Program-made: the position numbers and the translations under genes
The notes under the pieces: generated by a model
Databases searched by the model: none
What the model saw: only the letters and a program-made list of their open reading frames with translations
What the model was told of the DNA's origin: nothing
Part shown: positions 53,826 to 63,476 of the stretch, piece after piece
Layout: each line of letters begins with the position of its first letter
Position numbering within the stretch: the first letter of the stretch is position 1
Origin: a virus
Taxonomy: Duplodnaviria > Caudoviricetes
IMG/VR virus record: IMGVR_UViG_3300005844_000023
Span: 1,507-65,506 of that record
DNA: 64,000 nucleotides
Strand: one strand, 5' to 3'

Positions 53826-54812
53826 TTAGGTCGAGGTGATCACCACGCCGGCGCGGTCCTTCATGTCGGCGAATGCGGTGTCCCAGTTCGAGCCGTCTCG
53901 CATGGTGGCGGCGAGCGGGTTGGCGGCACCGTTGGTGATGTCCCACTTGAAGCCCTTGAGCCCCAAATTGTAGGCGAACTCACCCTGGTAGCGGATGCCG
54001 AGGGTCTGCAGGCCGGTGACGTCCTGGATCACCACTTCCTGCTCCTCGGTGTTCTCCACCAGCGCTGCGCCCTCGACGAGGCCGAGCGTGTAGTATTGCT
54101 GCACGTCGGGCGATGAACCCCACAGCAGCGACGCCGAGTCGGTGACGACCACCGGGCGGCCCATGGTGATGGGCTGCGCGGACGCGACGTTGAAGTTCGA
54201 CACGCCGACGATGTTCTGGGTGATCTGCGCGCGCACCAGGTCGAAGTAGACCTTGGAGTGCATGACCCAGCACACCACACGATCCGCACGATCGCCCATC
54301 TTGGCGAGCGCGCCGATCAGCGTGTCGGTGTCGAGCTTCCCGAGCGACGTCTGGGTGTAGTACGACGCCGTCACCTGCTTGAGCGCGGCGGCGAGGCCAA
54401 GCAATGCGGAATCGAGCATGTCGATCTGCATGGCGTTGGCGGCTTCCTCGGCGATGGTCGCCGCGAACAATGCGGGGTTGAACTGACCGCCGAGCAGCTT
54501 CTTGTACGAGTCCCGTGTCTGCATCACCGGGCCGATCTTGCGGCTCAGTTTGACCGACACGTACTCTTCCATCGACACGCCGAGATCGGTGAGCGTGGCG
54601 ATCGAGGTGTTGTCACGGCGCGACACCAGCCCGGTCACGTTCTTGAAGAACGAGCTTTGGGCGTAGTTGCCGGGTCGGGACTGCGTCGCGATGCGGAGAC
54701 AATTGTTCGAAGCTGCACCGAAGGCGTTGCCGTTCTGCGCGAGCAGTTCGGCGATCCGCGTCTTGGTAAAGTCCTCGTAAATCTTGAAGTCGGAGGCGAG
54801 AGAGGTAACCAT
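53826..54812 (-). CDS. Major capsid protein
   Basis: 328 aa after scaffold; SDF.IY......E.L.QN..AF.AAS; Y.LGL.G..WD..NG.ANP. Confidence 0.85.
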   Translation of the reverse strand: MVTSLASDFKIYEDFTKTRIAELLAQNGNAFGAASNNCLRIATQSRPGNYAQSSFFKNVTGLVSRRDNTSIATLTDLGVSMEEYVSVKLSRKIGPVMQTRDSYKKLLGGQFNPALFAATIAEEAANAMQIDMLDSALLGLAAALKQVTASYYTQTSLGKLDTDTLIGALAKMGDRADRVVCWVMHSKVYFDLVRAQITQNIVGVSNFNVASAQPITMGRPVVVTDSASLLWGSSPDVQQYYTLGLVEGAALVENTEEQEVVIQDVTGLQTLGIRYQGEFAYNLGLKGFKWDITNGAANPLAATMRDGSNWDTAFADMKDRAGVVITST

Positions 54813-54865
54813 TTCAATGTGCCCTTGTGGTTGGGCATCCCCAGCATCGCGCTAGTGCGATCCCG

Positions 54866-55693
54866 TCATTCGGCCGGTAACGCGTTGTAGGCTTTGAGGC
54901 CTGCCTCGGCACCGCCTGGGAATGAGTTGATGAATTGAGCGATCTTGACGGCGCTGTCCTTGCCCATCAGGTCCGCTTTGCTCTTGACGCCGTTGTGAGG
55001 CTTGCCGCTCGCGCCGCCGGTGGACTTCGCGCCACCGCCGGAGTTGCCGCTGCCTTCGAAGATGCCGGCGTATTCTTCTTGCGTAGAAAGATCGGCAAGC
55101 AGCTCGGGAATGGTCATGAGCTTGCCGTCGTTGGGGCCGCTGAGGTTGAAGCGCGGCGTGCCGTTCTCGTCGATCACGACGAACTTGGCTTGACCGTCCT
55201 CGTGTTCGATGCGCACCATCGCACGCACGATCGGCCGCAGCGGGCCCATCTTGCCTTTGACGGAGACGATGGCGCGGTCGATGACGCCGTTGAGGCGATC
55301 TTGCTCGCGCTCTTGCTTGAGCTGAGCAGCCTCGGCGCGCGCGTCAGCGGCTTCCTTCTGCGCTTTGGTGATGGTGGCCTGGTTCTTTTCCAGCCATTGC
55401 GCCTTCAGAGTCTCGAAATCGCCTTTGCTCTCCAGCCGCAGCGATTCCAACTCTTCCAGCTTCTCGGACATCGCCTGAATTTCCTCGGGCGTCTTGCCGA
55501 GCTTCTTCCAGTTGTCGATCTCCTTGTTGCGCTCGCGCTCGGCGCGGCGGGCCGCATCGAGGTTCTTCTTGAGCGCGGTGGTGTCTTCTGGCTTGAAGTC
55601 GTCCAGCACGAGGTGAAACTTGCCCTCCTTCTCTTCGTAAAGCGGGCGAAGCGGCTCCTCGACGTCCTCGATCTTCTCGATGACCATCTTCAT
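54866..55693 (-). CDS. Capsid scaffold protein
   Basis: IEDVEEPLRPLYEEK.GKF.L; coiled coil; F.GSGNSGGGA. Confidence 0.8.
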   Translation of the reverse strand: MKMVIEKIEDVEEPLRPLYEEKEGKFHLVLDDFKPEDTTALKKNLDAARRAERERNKEIDNWKKLGKTPEEIQAMSEKLEELESLRLESKGDFETLKAQWLEKNQATITKAQKEAADARAEAAQLKQEREQDRLNGVIDRAIVSVKGKMGPLRPIVRAMVRIEHEDGQAKFVVIDENGTPRFNLSGPNDGKLMTIPELLADLSTQEEYAGIFEGSGNSGGGAKSTGGASGKPHNGVKSKADLMGKDSAVKIAQFINSFPGGAEAGLKAYNALPAE

Positions 55694-55751
55694 TGCAGTC
55701 AGCCTTTGTCCCGATGTTGGTTGGGCCTCAACGCCCACCGAACCGTGCGCC

Positions 55752-56309
55752 TCAACGCGCTTGGCTCAGCCATTCGGTGTCAGGAGCACCGAGCAATTGT
55801 TGCGTCCAGCCTGAGAGGCTGCGCACGTTTGGCTTGATCTTCGACGCCATCTGCGTCCAGGCGTCGGCGAAGCAATCGCGCTGCGTCCAGGTCTTGCCGC
55901 GCGCGAAATGATTGCCGTCGCGTTCCATCGGCACGCCCGCAAGCACGACGCGATCGTGGCCGTCGTCGAGCGCCACCTTGACCGCGAACAGGCCGGACGA
56001 TCCGGATGACGTCATGTTCGGCCAGCGATACGACACGCGGCGATCGCACGGATGTTCCCAATGCAAGCCGAGTTCGTCGATCAGCGGGCCGACGATCTCG
56101 AAGCTGTCAGGCAGGTTGATCTTCGCGCGCTCGGCGCGGTAGCGCGCCATGTATTCGGGATGCAGCGTGATCCAGTGGAAATAACCCTGATCCCAATGGA
56201 TGCCCGCCATCTTGACGACGTAGAAGGCGTCGAACGTAGCGAGCTTTTGCGCCGCCTCGACTTCGTTCCAGACGCTATCGGCGCAACCGACGACCAGCGC
56301 GCGCGTCAA
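55752..56309 (-). CDS. DUF115/Maf-like Rossmannoid protein (second copy)
   Basis: ALVVG.A..VW.EV; ITLHPE; SSGSSGLFAVKVAL..G.DRVVLAGVPM. Confidence 0.55.
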   Translation of the reverse strand: MTRALVVGCADSVWNEVEAAQKLATFDAFYVVKMAGIHWDQGYFHWITLHPEYMARYRAERAKINLPDSFEIVGPLIDELGLHWEHPCDRRVSYRWPNMTSSGSSGLFAVKVALDDGHDRVVLAGVPMERDGNHFARGKTWTQRDCFADAWTQMASKIKPNVRSLSGWTQQLLGAPDTEWLSQAR

Positions 56310-56515
56310 AAACGCGACCAGGATTTCACCGGACGATCCGCAAGGCCGAGGTCGACCAGATCAAAGCGCGGCTTGCGGTGAATTTCGTACAGCTTGGCCT
56401 TCAACGGATCGTTGTCGGGAATGCGCGGACGGCCGTCGAAATTGTCGAACTTGCCGTTCGGCAGATCAGCGGGCGTCGTGTAGCGGCGAAACGGATGCAT
56501 CTTTTGTTCGGTCAT
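56306..56515 (-). CDS. Small hypothetical protein
   Basis: ATGA coupling. Confidence 0.55.
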   Translation of the reverse strand: MTEQKMHPFRRYTTPADLPNGKFDNFDGRPRIPDNDPLKAKLYEIHRKPRFDLVDLGLADRPVKSWSRF

Positions 56516-57303
56516 GTCAGCAATCGCCATAAAGTCCCATCGACGAGCTCGCGCTCGTTGAACTGTGAATAAGCTAATGAATTCGCCCATGCCTGGCGCT
56601 CCGGGTAAAACGGCTTCTCGATCAATCGCAAACCAACGTGGCCCACCAGCGCGGCGGCGGACGACTCGTCGACATAGACCGGCGTGCCCATGATCACTGC
56701 CTCGACGGCGGCGATGCTGCCGTGCGTCACCAGCGCGTGCGCACCCTCGAGGTCGGCGCGCAGATCGCGCTTGCTCTCCTTGTCGCGGATGACGAGTTGG
56801 CGATCGGTTCGCAGCGATAACTCGTAGACCGTCTCGTCGGTCCATTTCTCGATGCCGTGAAAGGCGAGATACGACTTCGACGGGCGCGCCACGACGATGT
56901 GCTTGCCGCCCTTGCGCCAGGGCATCAGCGGCGTGTTGAGCGCGCGCCAGCGATCGTCGGGTACGGCGCGCACCAGCGGAAGCTGAAACGAATTGCAGTG
57001 CCAGCGGTAATAACCGCCGTCGTCGCCGCGCGGCAGCCACGTTGCGAACACGCGCCGAGCATAGCCGCGATCCCAATAAATCCACGGGCGGCCGGACGCT
57101 CGCCAAGTATCGATGAGCGGGCGGAGGTAGATCGAGCACCCAACGATCGGAATGAGTTCGGGTGCCAACTGGCCGAGCGTGGTGTGATCCTTTGTGGTCG
57201 CGCCGCCGAGAGCGACGATCTTGCTGCCGATGCGGTGAAACAGATCGGCCTTGAACTTCTGCAGTTCCGGCGGAATGTAGAAACAAACACTGGCGGGGTT
57301 CAC
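56512..57303 (-). CDS. Putative glycosyltransferase (capsule-biosynthesis-like GT-B)
   Basis: YWDRGY; IVVA.PS....FHG; L.GAHALVTHGS.AAVEAVI.GTPVYV. Confidence 0.6.
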   Translation of the reverse strand: MNPASVCFYIPPELQKFKADLFHRIGSKIVALGGATTKDHTTLGQLAPELIPIVGCSIYLRPLIDTWRASGRPWIYWDRGYARRVFATWLPRGDDGGYYRWHCNSFQLPLVRAVPDDRWRALNTPLMPWRKGGKHIVVARPSKSYLAFHGIEKWTDETVYELSLRTDRQLVIRDKESKRDLRADLEGAHALVTHGSIAAVEAVIMGTPVYVDESSAAALVGHVGLRLIEKPFYPERQAWANSLAYSQFNERELVDGTLWRLLT

Positions 57304-57392
57304 GCCAATATGCGGATCAGCAGAACGACAACCAGCACCGTCAGCAGCAGACCGATCCATCGCGAGGCATCCCACCACGGGCGATCGATCAC
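57300..57392 (-). CDS. Tiny membrane protein (VIDRPWWDASRWIGLLLTVLVVVLLIRILA)
   Basis: Read manually; GTGA overlaps on both sides. Confidence 0.5.
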   Translation of the reverse strand: MIDRPWWDASRWIGLLLTVLVVVLLIRILA

Positions 57393-57556
57393 CTGCGACT
57401 GGCCTTGCGCTTCTCGGACATGGCGATGGCGATGGCCTGCTTGCGGCTCGTCACCATCGGACCCTTCTTCGATCCGCTGTGAAGTTTGCCTGACGCGTAT
57501 TCGTGGAAAACCTTCTTGAGCTTCTTGTCGCCCTTCGACATTTTTTTCTTTGCCAT
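57389..57556 (-). CDS. Small basic protein, DUF6496-like
   Basis: KKVFHEY.SGKLHSGSKKGP.VTSRKQAIAIA.SE. Confidence 0.75.
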   Translation of the reverse strand: MAKKKMSKGDKKLKKVFHEYASGKLHSGSKKGPMVTSRKQAIAIAMSEKRKASRR

Positions 57557-57567
57557 CGACGCCTCCT

Positions 57568-57789
57568 CTACTTGCAGCACAGAACCAAGGCTTCCTCGGC
57601 GGTGAATCCCTCGCGAATGTAGGCGAGATAAACCGTGCGCCGCAGCTTGGCGACGGTCGCGGCGTTGGCGCAGATCGCGTCCATGTCCTTGCGGAGTTGA
57701 TCGCCGACGCGTTCGACCTCGGACTTGCTCTTCGCGTCGTTCATGCTCACGACGCGCGGCCCTGTCGGCTTCTCGGTGTCGTCGGTCAT
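57568..57789 (-). CDS. Small hypothetical protein
   Basis: GGAGG RBS. Confidence 0.6.
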   Translation of the reverse strand: MTDDTEKPTGPRVVSMNDAKSKSEVERVGDQLRKDMDAICANAATVAKLRRTVYLAYIREGFTAEEALVLCCK

Positions 57790-58502
57790 GCGGCCTCCGG
57801 GGTGCAGGGATAATTCTTGTGCCAGTTGTCGGCGACCCAATTCAATTTCGTGAATTGCGATGGATCGCGATGCCCTGGGAACACCACCAGCCGCGCGTTG
57901 TTCGGCAGATTGTCGCCCTTTGGCCAGCCCGGCTTGTGCATCGCATAGACGCCGTCGCGTTCGGGCGTCCAGGCTGCCGCCTTCGGTATCTTGTGCCAAA
58001 GCCAGCCCTGATCGTCGGGGAATTCGTGATGCGGGATCAACCCGCTGAGATCATCCCAATGCGACGACAGCTTGGCGAAGTCGAGCCATATCTCGGGATG
58101 CGCGCCGGCAGCCAGCATGAAGATCGAGCAATTGTACGGGCACGGATTGGCGTGATGGACGCCCTGCAAGATCACGAAATCCTCGGCGCGATCGAACAAG
58201 GGATCAAGCTCGCCAACGACAACGCTGTCGAGGTCCATACAGACGAGGCGTGTAATCCCACGATTCTGTTGCCAGCCGGGATCAAAGAGACGCAGACGTA
58301 CAAAGCACGAGCGTCCAATGAGCACCGGGTCCTTGATGGCGTGTCGCTCAATTCCTCCGGAAAAATTGACCTCACGCTCGCGCTCCGTGATGCAGAAGAA
58401 CCTGTACGGCTGCTTGAGATGGCGCGCGACGCCCGCCGCCAGCCGCTCGACGTATTCCGGCGTGTACTTGTCGCCCCACAGATACGTGACGATCGTCAGC
58501 AT
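57786..58502 (-). CDS. GT-A fold glycosyltransferase
   Basis: TYLWGDKY.PEYVERL..GV.RHL..P.RF.CIT; MDLDSVVVGELD (DxD); DDQGW. Confidence 0.8.
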   Translation of the reverse strand: MLTIVTYLWGDKYTPEYVERLAAGVARHLKQPYRFFCITEREREVNFSGGIERHAIKDPVLIGRSCFVRLRLFDPGWQQNRGITRLVCMDLDSVVVGELDPLFDRAEDFVILQGVHHANPCPYNCSIFMLAAGAHPEIWLDFAKLSSHWDDLSGLIPHHEFPDDQGWLWHKIPKAAAWTPERDGVYAMHKPGWPKGDNLPNNARLVVFPGHRDPSQFTKLNWVADNWHKNYPCTPEAA

Positions 58503-58631
58503 CAGTAGCCGTACACGGCCTTGATCCAGAACATATGGACCGGCCATGCCTTCGGGTGACTGCCTTGCATGCACCAAAGAACGCGATGACGGAAGATCGC
58601 CAGCTCGCGCAGGACTTTCATCGTCATCATG

Positions 58632-58835
58632 TCATGCTTCCTTCGTCGTTGACGGTTCCGGCATGCGCGCGGGGATGCCGACGCAGGCCATCTTGGCGTC
58701 ATGCTTGTCGTCCGAACGGTGCTCGACCAGCATCTCGACGTATCGCGCAGCGGCCTCTTCGCAGGCTTTGTCGTCGTCGAACTGCCCGACGATGGCAGGG
58801 CCCAATGCGGCGCGGAGAATCAGCACGTAGATCAT
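58632..58835 (-). CDS. Small hypothetical protein
   Basis: ORF. Confidence 0.5.
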   Translation of the reverse strand: MIYVLILRAALGPAIVGQFDDDKACEEAAARYVEMLVEHRSDDKHDAKMACVGIPARMPEPSTTKEA

Positions 58836-59188
58836 ATCCCTGATCCGGGAATGAAACATCTGATCGTCGGCGTCGGAACGCCATCCATCGACCACAGCGT
58901 CTGATACCAGACCTGCGCCACGCCGATCTTGTTGGGCACCTTGAGAACCTTGTCGTCGGGAACGACCCAATATTTGCTGTAGAGCAGAACGCGATATTGC
59001 CCGTCTTTGGTGTCGTAGATGGCATCGAAGCCATCGCGTCCGTCGCAGCACGTCGCACCGGAATCGTTCTTGAGCCCGCGCATCCACTGCTCATTCTCCT
59101 CGCCCATCTGAGCGAAATGCTCGGGCGAATGCGCGAACGCCTGCGCCGTCGAAGCGATGACGACGGTGGCGGCGAGGAAGCGAAGCAA
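58832..59188 (-). CDS. Secreted Cys-containing protein
   Basis: Signal peptide; CCDGRD...W.VP..KV...PN.IG...VW...RCFIPG. Confidence 0.65.
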   Translation of the reverse strand: MLRFLAATVVIASTAQAFAHSPEHFAQMGEENEQWMRGLKNDSGATCCDGRDGFDAIYDTKDGQYRVLLYSKYWVVPDDKVLKVPNKIGVAQVWYQTLWSMDGVPTPTIRCFIPGSGI

Positions 59189-59374
59189 TTACTTGCCTCG
59201 CATCACCTTGCGGCCGGAACCGCCGTGCGCGGGCATCTTGCGCACCGCGCCCTTGGGCATGACCTTCGATTTGCCCATCATGGCGGCGTCAACCACTGGA
59301 TGTCCGGTTTTGCGGATCGATCCGCTCCCGCCCGTCGCCCCGGTTTTCGGATTTGGTGTTCTGAGAAAGCCCAT
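59189..59374 (-). CDS. Small Gly/Lys-rich basic protein
   Basis: AAGGA RBS; ORF. Confidence 0.5.
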   Translation of the reverse strand: MGFLRTPNPKTGATGGSGSIRKTGHPVVDAAMMGKSKVMPKGAVRKMPAHGGSGRKVMRGK

Positions 59375-60095
59375 CGCGATATTCCTTCCATACTTGAAAG
59401 TGCCGCCTGATCGTGCCGAGATCGTCGTCATCCCAAAGCATGAACTGCTCCGGGCCGCACCACGGCGCGTTGGTGCCGTATGGCATTCCGTATTTGCGCA
59501 TCACCTCGCGCTGATCCGAGCCGCGACCGTTGGCGAACACCATGCACGGGTAGGCCGACAGCGAGCACATCACCATCGGCCCGTTGCTGACGCCGAAATT
59601 CATCTCGGCCCCGGCATAGAACGCCATGCGCTGATAAATGTGAATCGGCTTGACGTCGTAATCCTCGATCACGAACGCGCCGATCTCCTCGGCGAACGTG
59701 CGCCACGCATACTCGTTGCTGTTGCGGAACGGACTCTTGCGCTTCTGTTGGCGCAGCGTGACGGTGTAGCGCTCGTGCGCGGGCAGCCACAACGATTTGA
59801 GCCGTGGCAGCGGCGCTAGTTTCGCCGCCTTGACGAGATGGCCGAGGCGCGAGCAGCCAACACCAAGTCGTTCACCGTCGGACCCTTCACGCGACGGCAA
59901 CCCAAGCAGCGCGGGGCCGGGCGCAATAATACTTTCGAACCGGCGACGAACCACTTCGGGCGACCAAGGCGTGACCAACTGAGGCGAGGTGTCGAACGTG
60001 ATCTCGGTCGCACCAAGCGATTTGACCCTCACCAGCCAGCCATAGAAATCGAACGAGATCAGTTCGCGCGAGAGATCGTAACAGAATGTCGTCAT
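59289..60095 (-). CDS. Tandem paralog 3 (putative GT-B-like sugar transferase)
   Basis: CYDL...SFDFYGWL..VKSLGATEITF...YAGAEMNFGVSNGP. Confidence 0.6.
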   Translation of the reverse strand: MTTFCYDLSRELISFDFYGWLVRVKSLGATEITFDTSPQLVTPWSPEVVRRRFESIIAPGPALLGLPSREGSDGERLGVGCSRLGHLVKAAKLAPLPRLKSLWLPAHERYTVTLRQQKRKSPFRNSNEYAWRTFAEEIGAFVIEDYDVKPIHIYQRMAFYAGAEMNFGVSNGPMVMCSLSAYPCMVFANGRGSDQREVMRKYGMPYGTNAPWCGPEQFMLWDDDDLGTIRRHFQVWKEYRDGLSQNTKSENRGDGRERIDPQNRTSSG

Positions 60096-60661
60096 CGCAC
60101 CCACAACACGCCGATGCCATTGTCCTGGCGGTCCTTCCTGATCTCGACGTTGGTGTAACCGCCCTTGATCGAGTCCCAGAACTGCGGTGCGTCGATCGGC
60201 ACCGTCCAAGGTCTGTCGCGAAAGAAGCCGATGTCGTGAAACGCCACCATCTTTCCCATCGGGCCGTAGTTCGCCCAATCCTTTTCGAGATAGGGCAAGG
60301 TGTGGTTGGCGTCGATGAACACCACGTCGAACGGTCCGAGTCTGGCGGCTTGTTCGACCACCTTGACGTCGGTGCTGTCGCCCCAGATCGTCATCGCCTC
60401 GTGACCCATGCCGTTGAGACGTTCGATGCACGACACCAGCGACGGGCGCGAGCGATCCCAGGCAATGGTGCCCTTCGGCAAGTCGATCGCGACGATGGTG
60501 GATTGCGGGCGCAGCGCCTGCGCGACGCGCCAGAGCGAGCCACCGAACTTTGCGCCGACTTCCAAATAGCTCGACGCGCCCATATCGCGCACCAGGTCGA
60601 CGAAGGCGGCTAACTCCGCCTCATGCTGCAGGACTTCCCGCTCGTAGAGAATCGAACTCAC
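60092..60661 (-). CDS. Class I SAM-dependent methyltransferase
   Basis: YLEVGAKFGGS; IVAIDL; WGDS; FDVVFIDANH; VAFHD. Confidence 0.85.
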   Translation of the reverse strand: MSSILYEREVLQHEAELAAFVDLVRDMGASSYLEVGAKFGGSLWRVAQALRPQSTIVAIDLPKGTIAWDRSRPSLVSCIERLNGMGHEAMTIWGDSTDVKVVEQAARLGPFDVVFIDANHTLPYLEKDWANYGPMGKMVAFHDIGFFRDRPWTVPIDAPQFWDSIKGGYTNVEIRKDRQDNGIGVLWVR

Positions 60662-61349
60662 GCAGCATGCCCTCCAACGTGGGTTTTTCCCAGATCAGTT
60701 TCTGTTGCGGCAGGAACCACGGCACCTGATCGCCGGGTTCGATGGCGTGACCGCTGAAACTCTTGCGCGTCAATTCGGGATCGCAGGAGATCGCGAACGG
60801 ATACGGGGTGTAATACAGCATCGCCAGCGGGCCATTGACCACGCCGAAGTTCATGCGCGCGCCCGCGTACAGCGCCACCCGCTCGTGCAGCCCGATCGCC
60901 TCGCGCGTGGTGTCCTCGATCACGGTCGCGCCGATCTTGGCGGCGAATTCGAGCCACATCTCGCGATCGGAATTCTTGTGTGGATTGTGGAACGTCTCGC
61001 GGATGGTGACAGTGTAATCGGCGGGACCGGGCGGCAGCACCGAACGCAGGCGCGGCAATTGCTTTCCCGTTTTCACGAGGTCTTCCGTCAGCAGATGAAG
61101 CTGCACCGATCCGATTTTGTAGTCGCCCTCGTTGGCGACACGGCAAGGCAGATCAGCGAGCGCGACGCCGGGCCAGATGTAGTTGCGGAACCGCTTCAGG
61201 CTTTCTGCGATCGGCCACTTGCTTTGCCGCATCGGCTCGACGCGGAACGTGATCTCGGTGGCACCGAGCAGCTTGACGTGAACGAGCCAATTGAAGAAGT
61301 CGTAGGTGGTCGGCCGCGTGATCAACGCCATGTCATAGAGCGCGATCAC
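60621..61349 (-). CDS. Tandem paralog 2 (putative GT-B-like sugar transferase)
   Basis: LYDM...PTTYDFFNWL.HVKLLGATEITF...YAGARMNFGVVNGP. Confidence 0.6.
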   Translation of the reverse strand: MIALYDMALITRPTTYDFFNWLVHVKLLGATEITFRVEPMRQSKWPIAESLKRFRNYIWPGVALADLPCRVANEGDYKIGSVQLHLLTEDLVKTGKQLPRLRSVLPPGPADYTVTIRETFHNPHKNSDREMWLEFAAKIGATVIEDTTREAIGLHERVALYAGARMNFGVVNGPLAMLYYTPYPFAISCDPELTRKSFSGHAIEPGDQVPWFLPQQKLIWEKPTLEGMLREFDSLRAGSPAA

Positions 61350-61442
61350 TGAGCCACCTTCCAGCCATGTCGACGAGCGCTCCCAGGATCAACCCACAGA
61401 CGCCTAGCGCGATCATCCAAAGGCCGATTTGCGTCACTTCGC

Positions 61443-62156
61443 TCACTTGTTCCTCTCGAATTCTTCCATCAACCGATCCATCGTTGCCGTCGCCCACACC
61501 ATGCGCTGATTCGGCAACATCCAAGGAACTTGATCGCCGATCTCGGTGTCTTGCCTTTTCCAATCCGGACCGTTCAGCACCGGATCGCAGAACATTGTCA
61601 TCGGGTAATCGGTCCACCAGAGCATCGAGAACGGGCCGTTGGGCACACCGAAGTTCATTTCCGCGCCAGCATAGATGGCCACGCGTTGGTGGAGACCGAT
61701 GGAGGCGCGCGACGTGTCCTCGATGATGCGCGCGCCGATGCGGTTTGCGAATTTGCGCCATACCGGCGCGGAATTCTTCTGCGGCTCCCAGAACGTGTCC
61801 CGGATCGTCACCGTGTATCGCACCTGCGAATTGATCGGCGGGAGCACGCTGCGCAAACGCGGCATCTGCTTTCCCGACGCCTGCACGTCGCGCCAGAGGT
61901 CGGCCATGAGGTGCGAGCCGATGACGCGGTCGCCGTCGTCCCCGAGGCGCGCGGGCAGGCCAGCGAGTGCGGGCCCCGGCAGCATGAAATTGTCGAGCCG
62001 GTCGAACGTCTCCTTGCGCGGCCATTTCTTCCGCATCAACAGCTTCGAGGACGTGGAGAACGTGATCTGCGTCGCGCCCAGCACCCGTACGTGCGTCAGC
62101 CAGTTGAAAAAGTCGTAGGTTGGCAGGCGACGGTGAAGATCGTAACAGCAGATCAA
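61443..62156 (-). CDS. Tandem paralog 1 (putative GT-B-like sugar transferase)
   Basis: CYDL...PTYDFFNWL.HVRVLGATQITF...YAGAEMNFGVPNGP. Confidence 0.6.
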   Translation of the reverse strand: MICCYDLHRRLPTYDFFNWLTHVRVLGATQITFSTSSKLLMRKKWPRKETFDRLDNFMLPGPALAGLPARLGDDGDRVIGSHLMADLWRDVQASGKQMPRLRSVLPPINSQVRYTVTIRDTFWEPQKNSAPVWRKFANRIGARIIEDTSRASIGLHQRVAIYAGAEMNFGVPNGPFSMLWWTDYPMTMFCDPVLNGPDWKRQDTEIGDQVPWMLPNQRMVWATATMDRLMEEFERNK

Positions 62157-62722
62157 GCCGTCACCTTGGCCTTGTCGGGCACCCCGGACGGAATCGCGCC
62201 GTACAGGGCGGTTCGCTCAACCAGGATAGTGCTGTGGGCGGCCTCAGCGGCGCGCTGATACTGGGGAACGATCTCTCCTGGGCTGTCTAGGCGTACGATC
62301 TTGACCGTTCTCAGCATGCGCCGGAAGGCCTCGGTGAAATCATCGTCGTGCTGCGGTCCGGGGTCGAACGGGTGCGTCACCGGCACCGCCACCCGGATGA
62401 TGACCCGCGGGTTGAAGCCGCCGTTTGAATAGATCGGGATGCGATCGAGGTGGTTCACGAGTTGGTTCGCCGCCAGCAGCATGAAATTCCAGCGCGGAAA
62501 GATACAGATCGGCAACCGGCCTTCGAGCGCCAGCCCGGTGCAAAAGCCCAACTGGAAGTCCTCGGCCACCGGGAATTCGAGCAGTCTCTCCTCGGGCACG
62601 TGGGCGAGCGTATCGGTCATCGTCGTACCCGCGCAGCCGACGCCCTGGCCGACGAAGATGGTGCGCGGGTCGTGCGCGAGCCAACGCATCGCGCGGCAAA
62701 GCTGATCGAAATACGGCGTCAT
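62153..62722 (-). CDS. TPP-dependent dehydrogenase E1 beta / transketolase pyrimidine-binding domain
   Basis: FVGQGV; RLLEFPVAE..QLGF..GLAL.G; FMLLAANQLVNH. Confidence 0.85.
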   Translation of the reverse strand: MTPYFDQLCRAMRWLAHDPRTIFVGQGVGCAGTTMTDTLAHVPEERLLEFPVAEDFQLGFCTGLALEGRLPICIFPRWNFMLLAANQLVNHLDRIPIYSNGGFNPRVIIRVAVPVTHPFDPGPQHDDDFTEAFRRMLRTVKIVRLDSPGEIVPQYQRAAEAAHSTILVERTALYGAIPSGVPDKAKVTA

Positions 62723-62907
62723 TGTATCTTTCGTTGTCGCAGATATTTGGCGAACTCGCGACATTCTTCGGCGGCTGGCGGATCGCAGTCGCCGATAAGA
62801 TCGGCGAGATGATCGAGCTCCTCGGCTTTGATCAACGTGCCGGTCCAGTCGAGCACGTGGGCGATCGCGGCTTCGAAATGCGCGTTGTAGCTCAGAAGCG
62901 CACCCAT
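62719..62907 (-). CDS. Small hypothetical protein
   Basis: ORF between the E1 subunits. Confidence 0.45.
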   Translation of the reverse strand: MGALLSYNAHFEAAIAHVLDWTGTLIKAEELDHLADLIGDCDPPAAEECREFAKYLRQRKIQ

Positions 62908-63476
62908 GCGCCGATACCGCTGTGCGGGCGCGACAGTTTGTAGCTGTAACGCTGCACGTCGAACACCGGCTGTCTATGCAATCCCCACGACTCTTGCGTC
63001 GGCGTCATCACGCTCAAGCCATTGTCTTCCACGACCCAACTCACGGGCAGATGATGGTGCGCGGCATATTTGCGCGCCTCGTGAACGATGCCGCTCTCCC
63101 AACTCATGTCACCGACGAACACGTAAACCGCTTCGTCGCCGCCGCGCGCCTTGATCGCATAACCGAGCCCGACCGCGATCGGCGCGATGCCGCCAACGAT
63201 CCCGGAACACAAGACCCGATAGGCCGGGAACGTCAGGCTGACAGAGCGGCCGGCTAGGATAGCCGCCTTCAACTCGATCGGTGGAACGCCCTTGAGCAGG
63301 CAATGGTAGTGGCTGCGCCAGCCGCACAACACCCAATCCTGCGGACGAATGTCGGCGAATATCCTGAACAGTTGATCTTCGTTACCGCCGCCGAGATGGA
63401 TTGGAGCCTTGATGGCACCGGTCGCGAACACCTCCGCGATGTCGGCCTCGAAGGCGAGCAGTTCATCAACGGTCAC
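62892..63476 (-). CDS. TPP-dependent dehydrogenase E1 alpha-like subunit
   Basis: PIHL.GGNE; WRSHYH.L.KG; GIVGG..PIA.G; TPP motif GDM...G..HE.........VVEDN. Confidence 0.85.
   Translation of the reverse strand: MTVDELLAFEADIAEVFATGAIKAPIHLGGGNEDQLFRIFADIRPQDWVLCGWRSHYHCLLKGVPPIELKAAILAGRSVSLTFPAYRVLCSGIVGGIAPIAVGLGYAIKARGGDEAVYVFVGDMSWESGIVHEARKYAAHHHLPVSWVVEDNGLSVMTPTQESWGLHRQPVFDVQRYSYKLSRPHSGIGAWVRF

Noticed and set aside
62153-63476. E1 alpha/beta as an auxiliary metabolic pyruvate dehydrogenase
   Set aside because: Both subunits are short, the beta lacks its C-terminal domain, there is no E2/E3 in the window, and the context is glycosyltransferases and methyltransferases; sugar tailoring is more parsimonious, though unproven.
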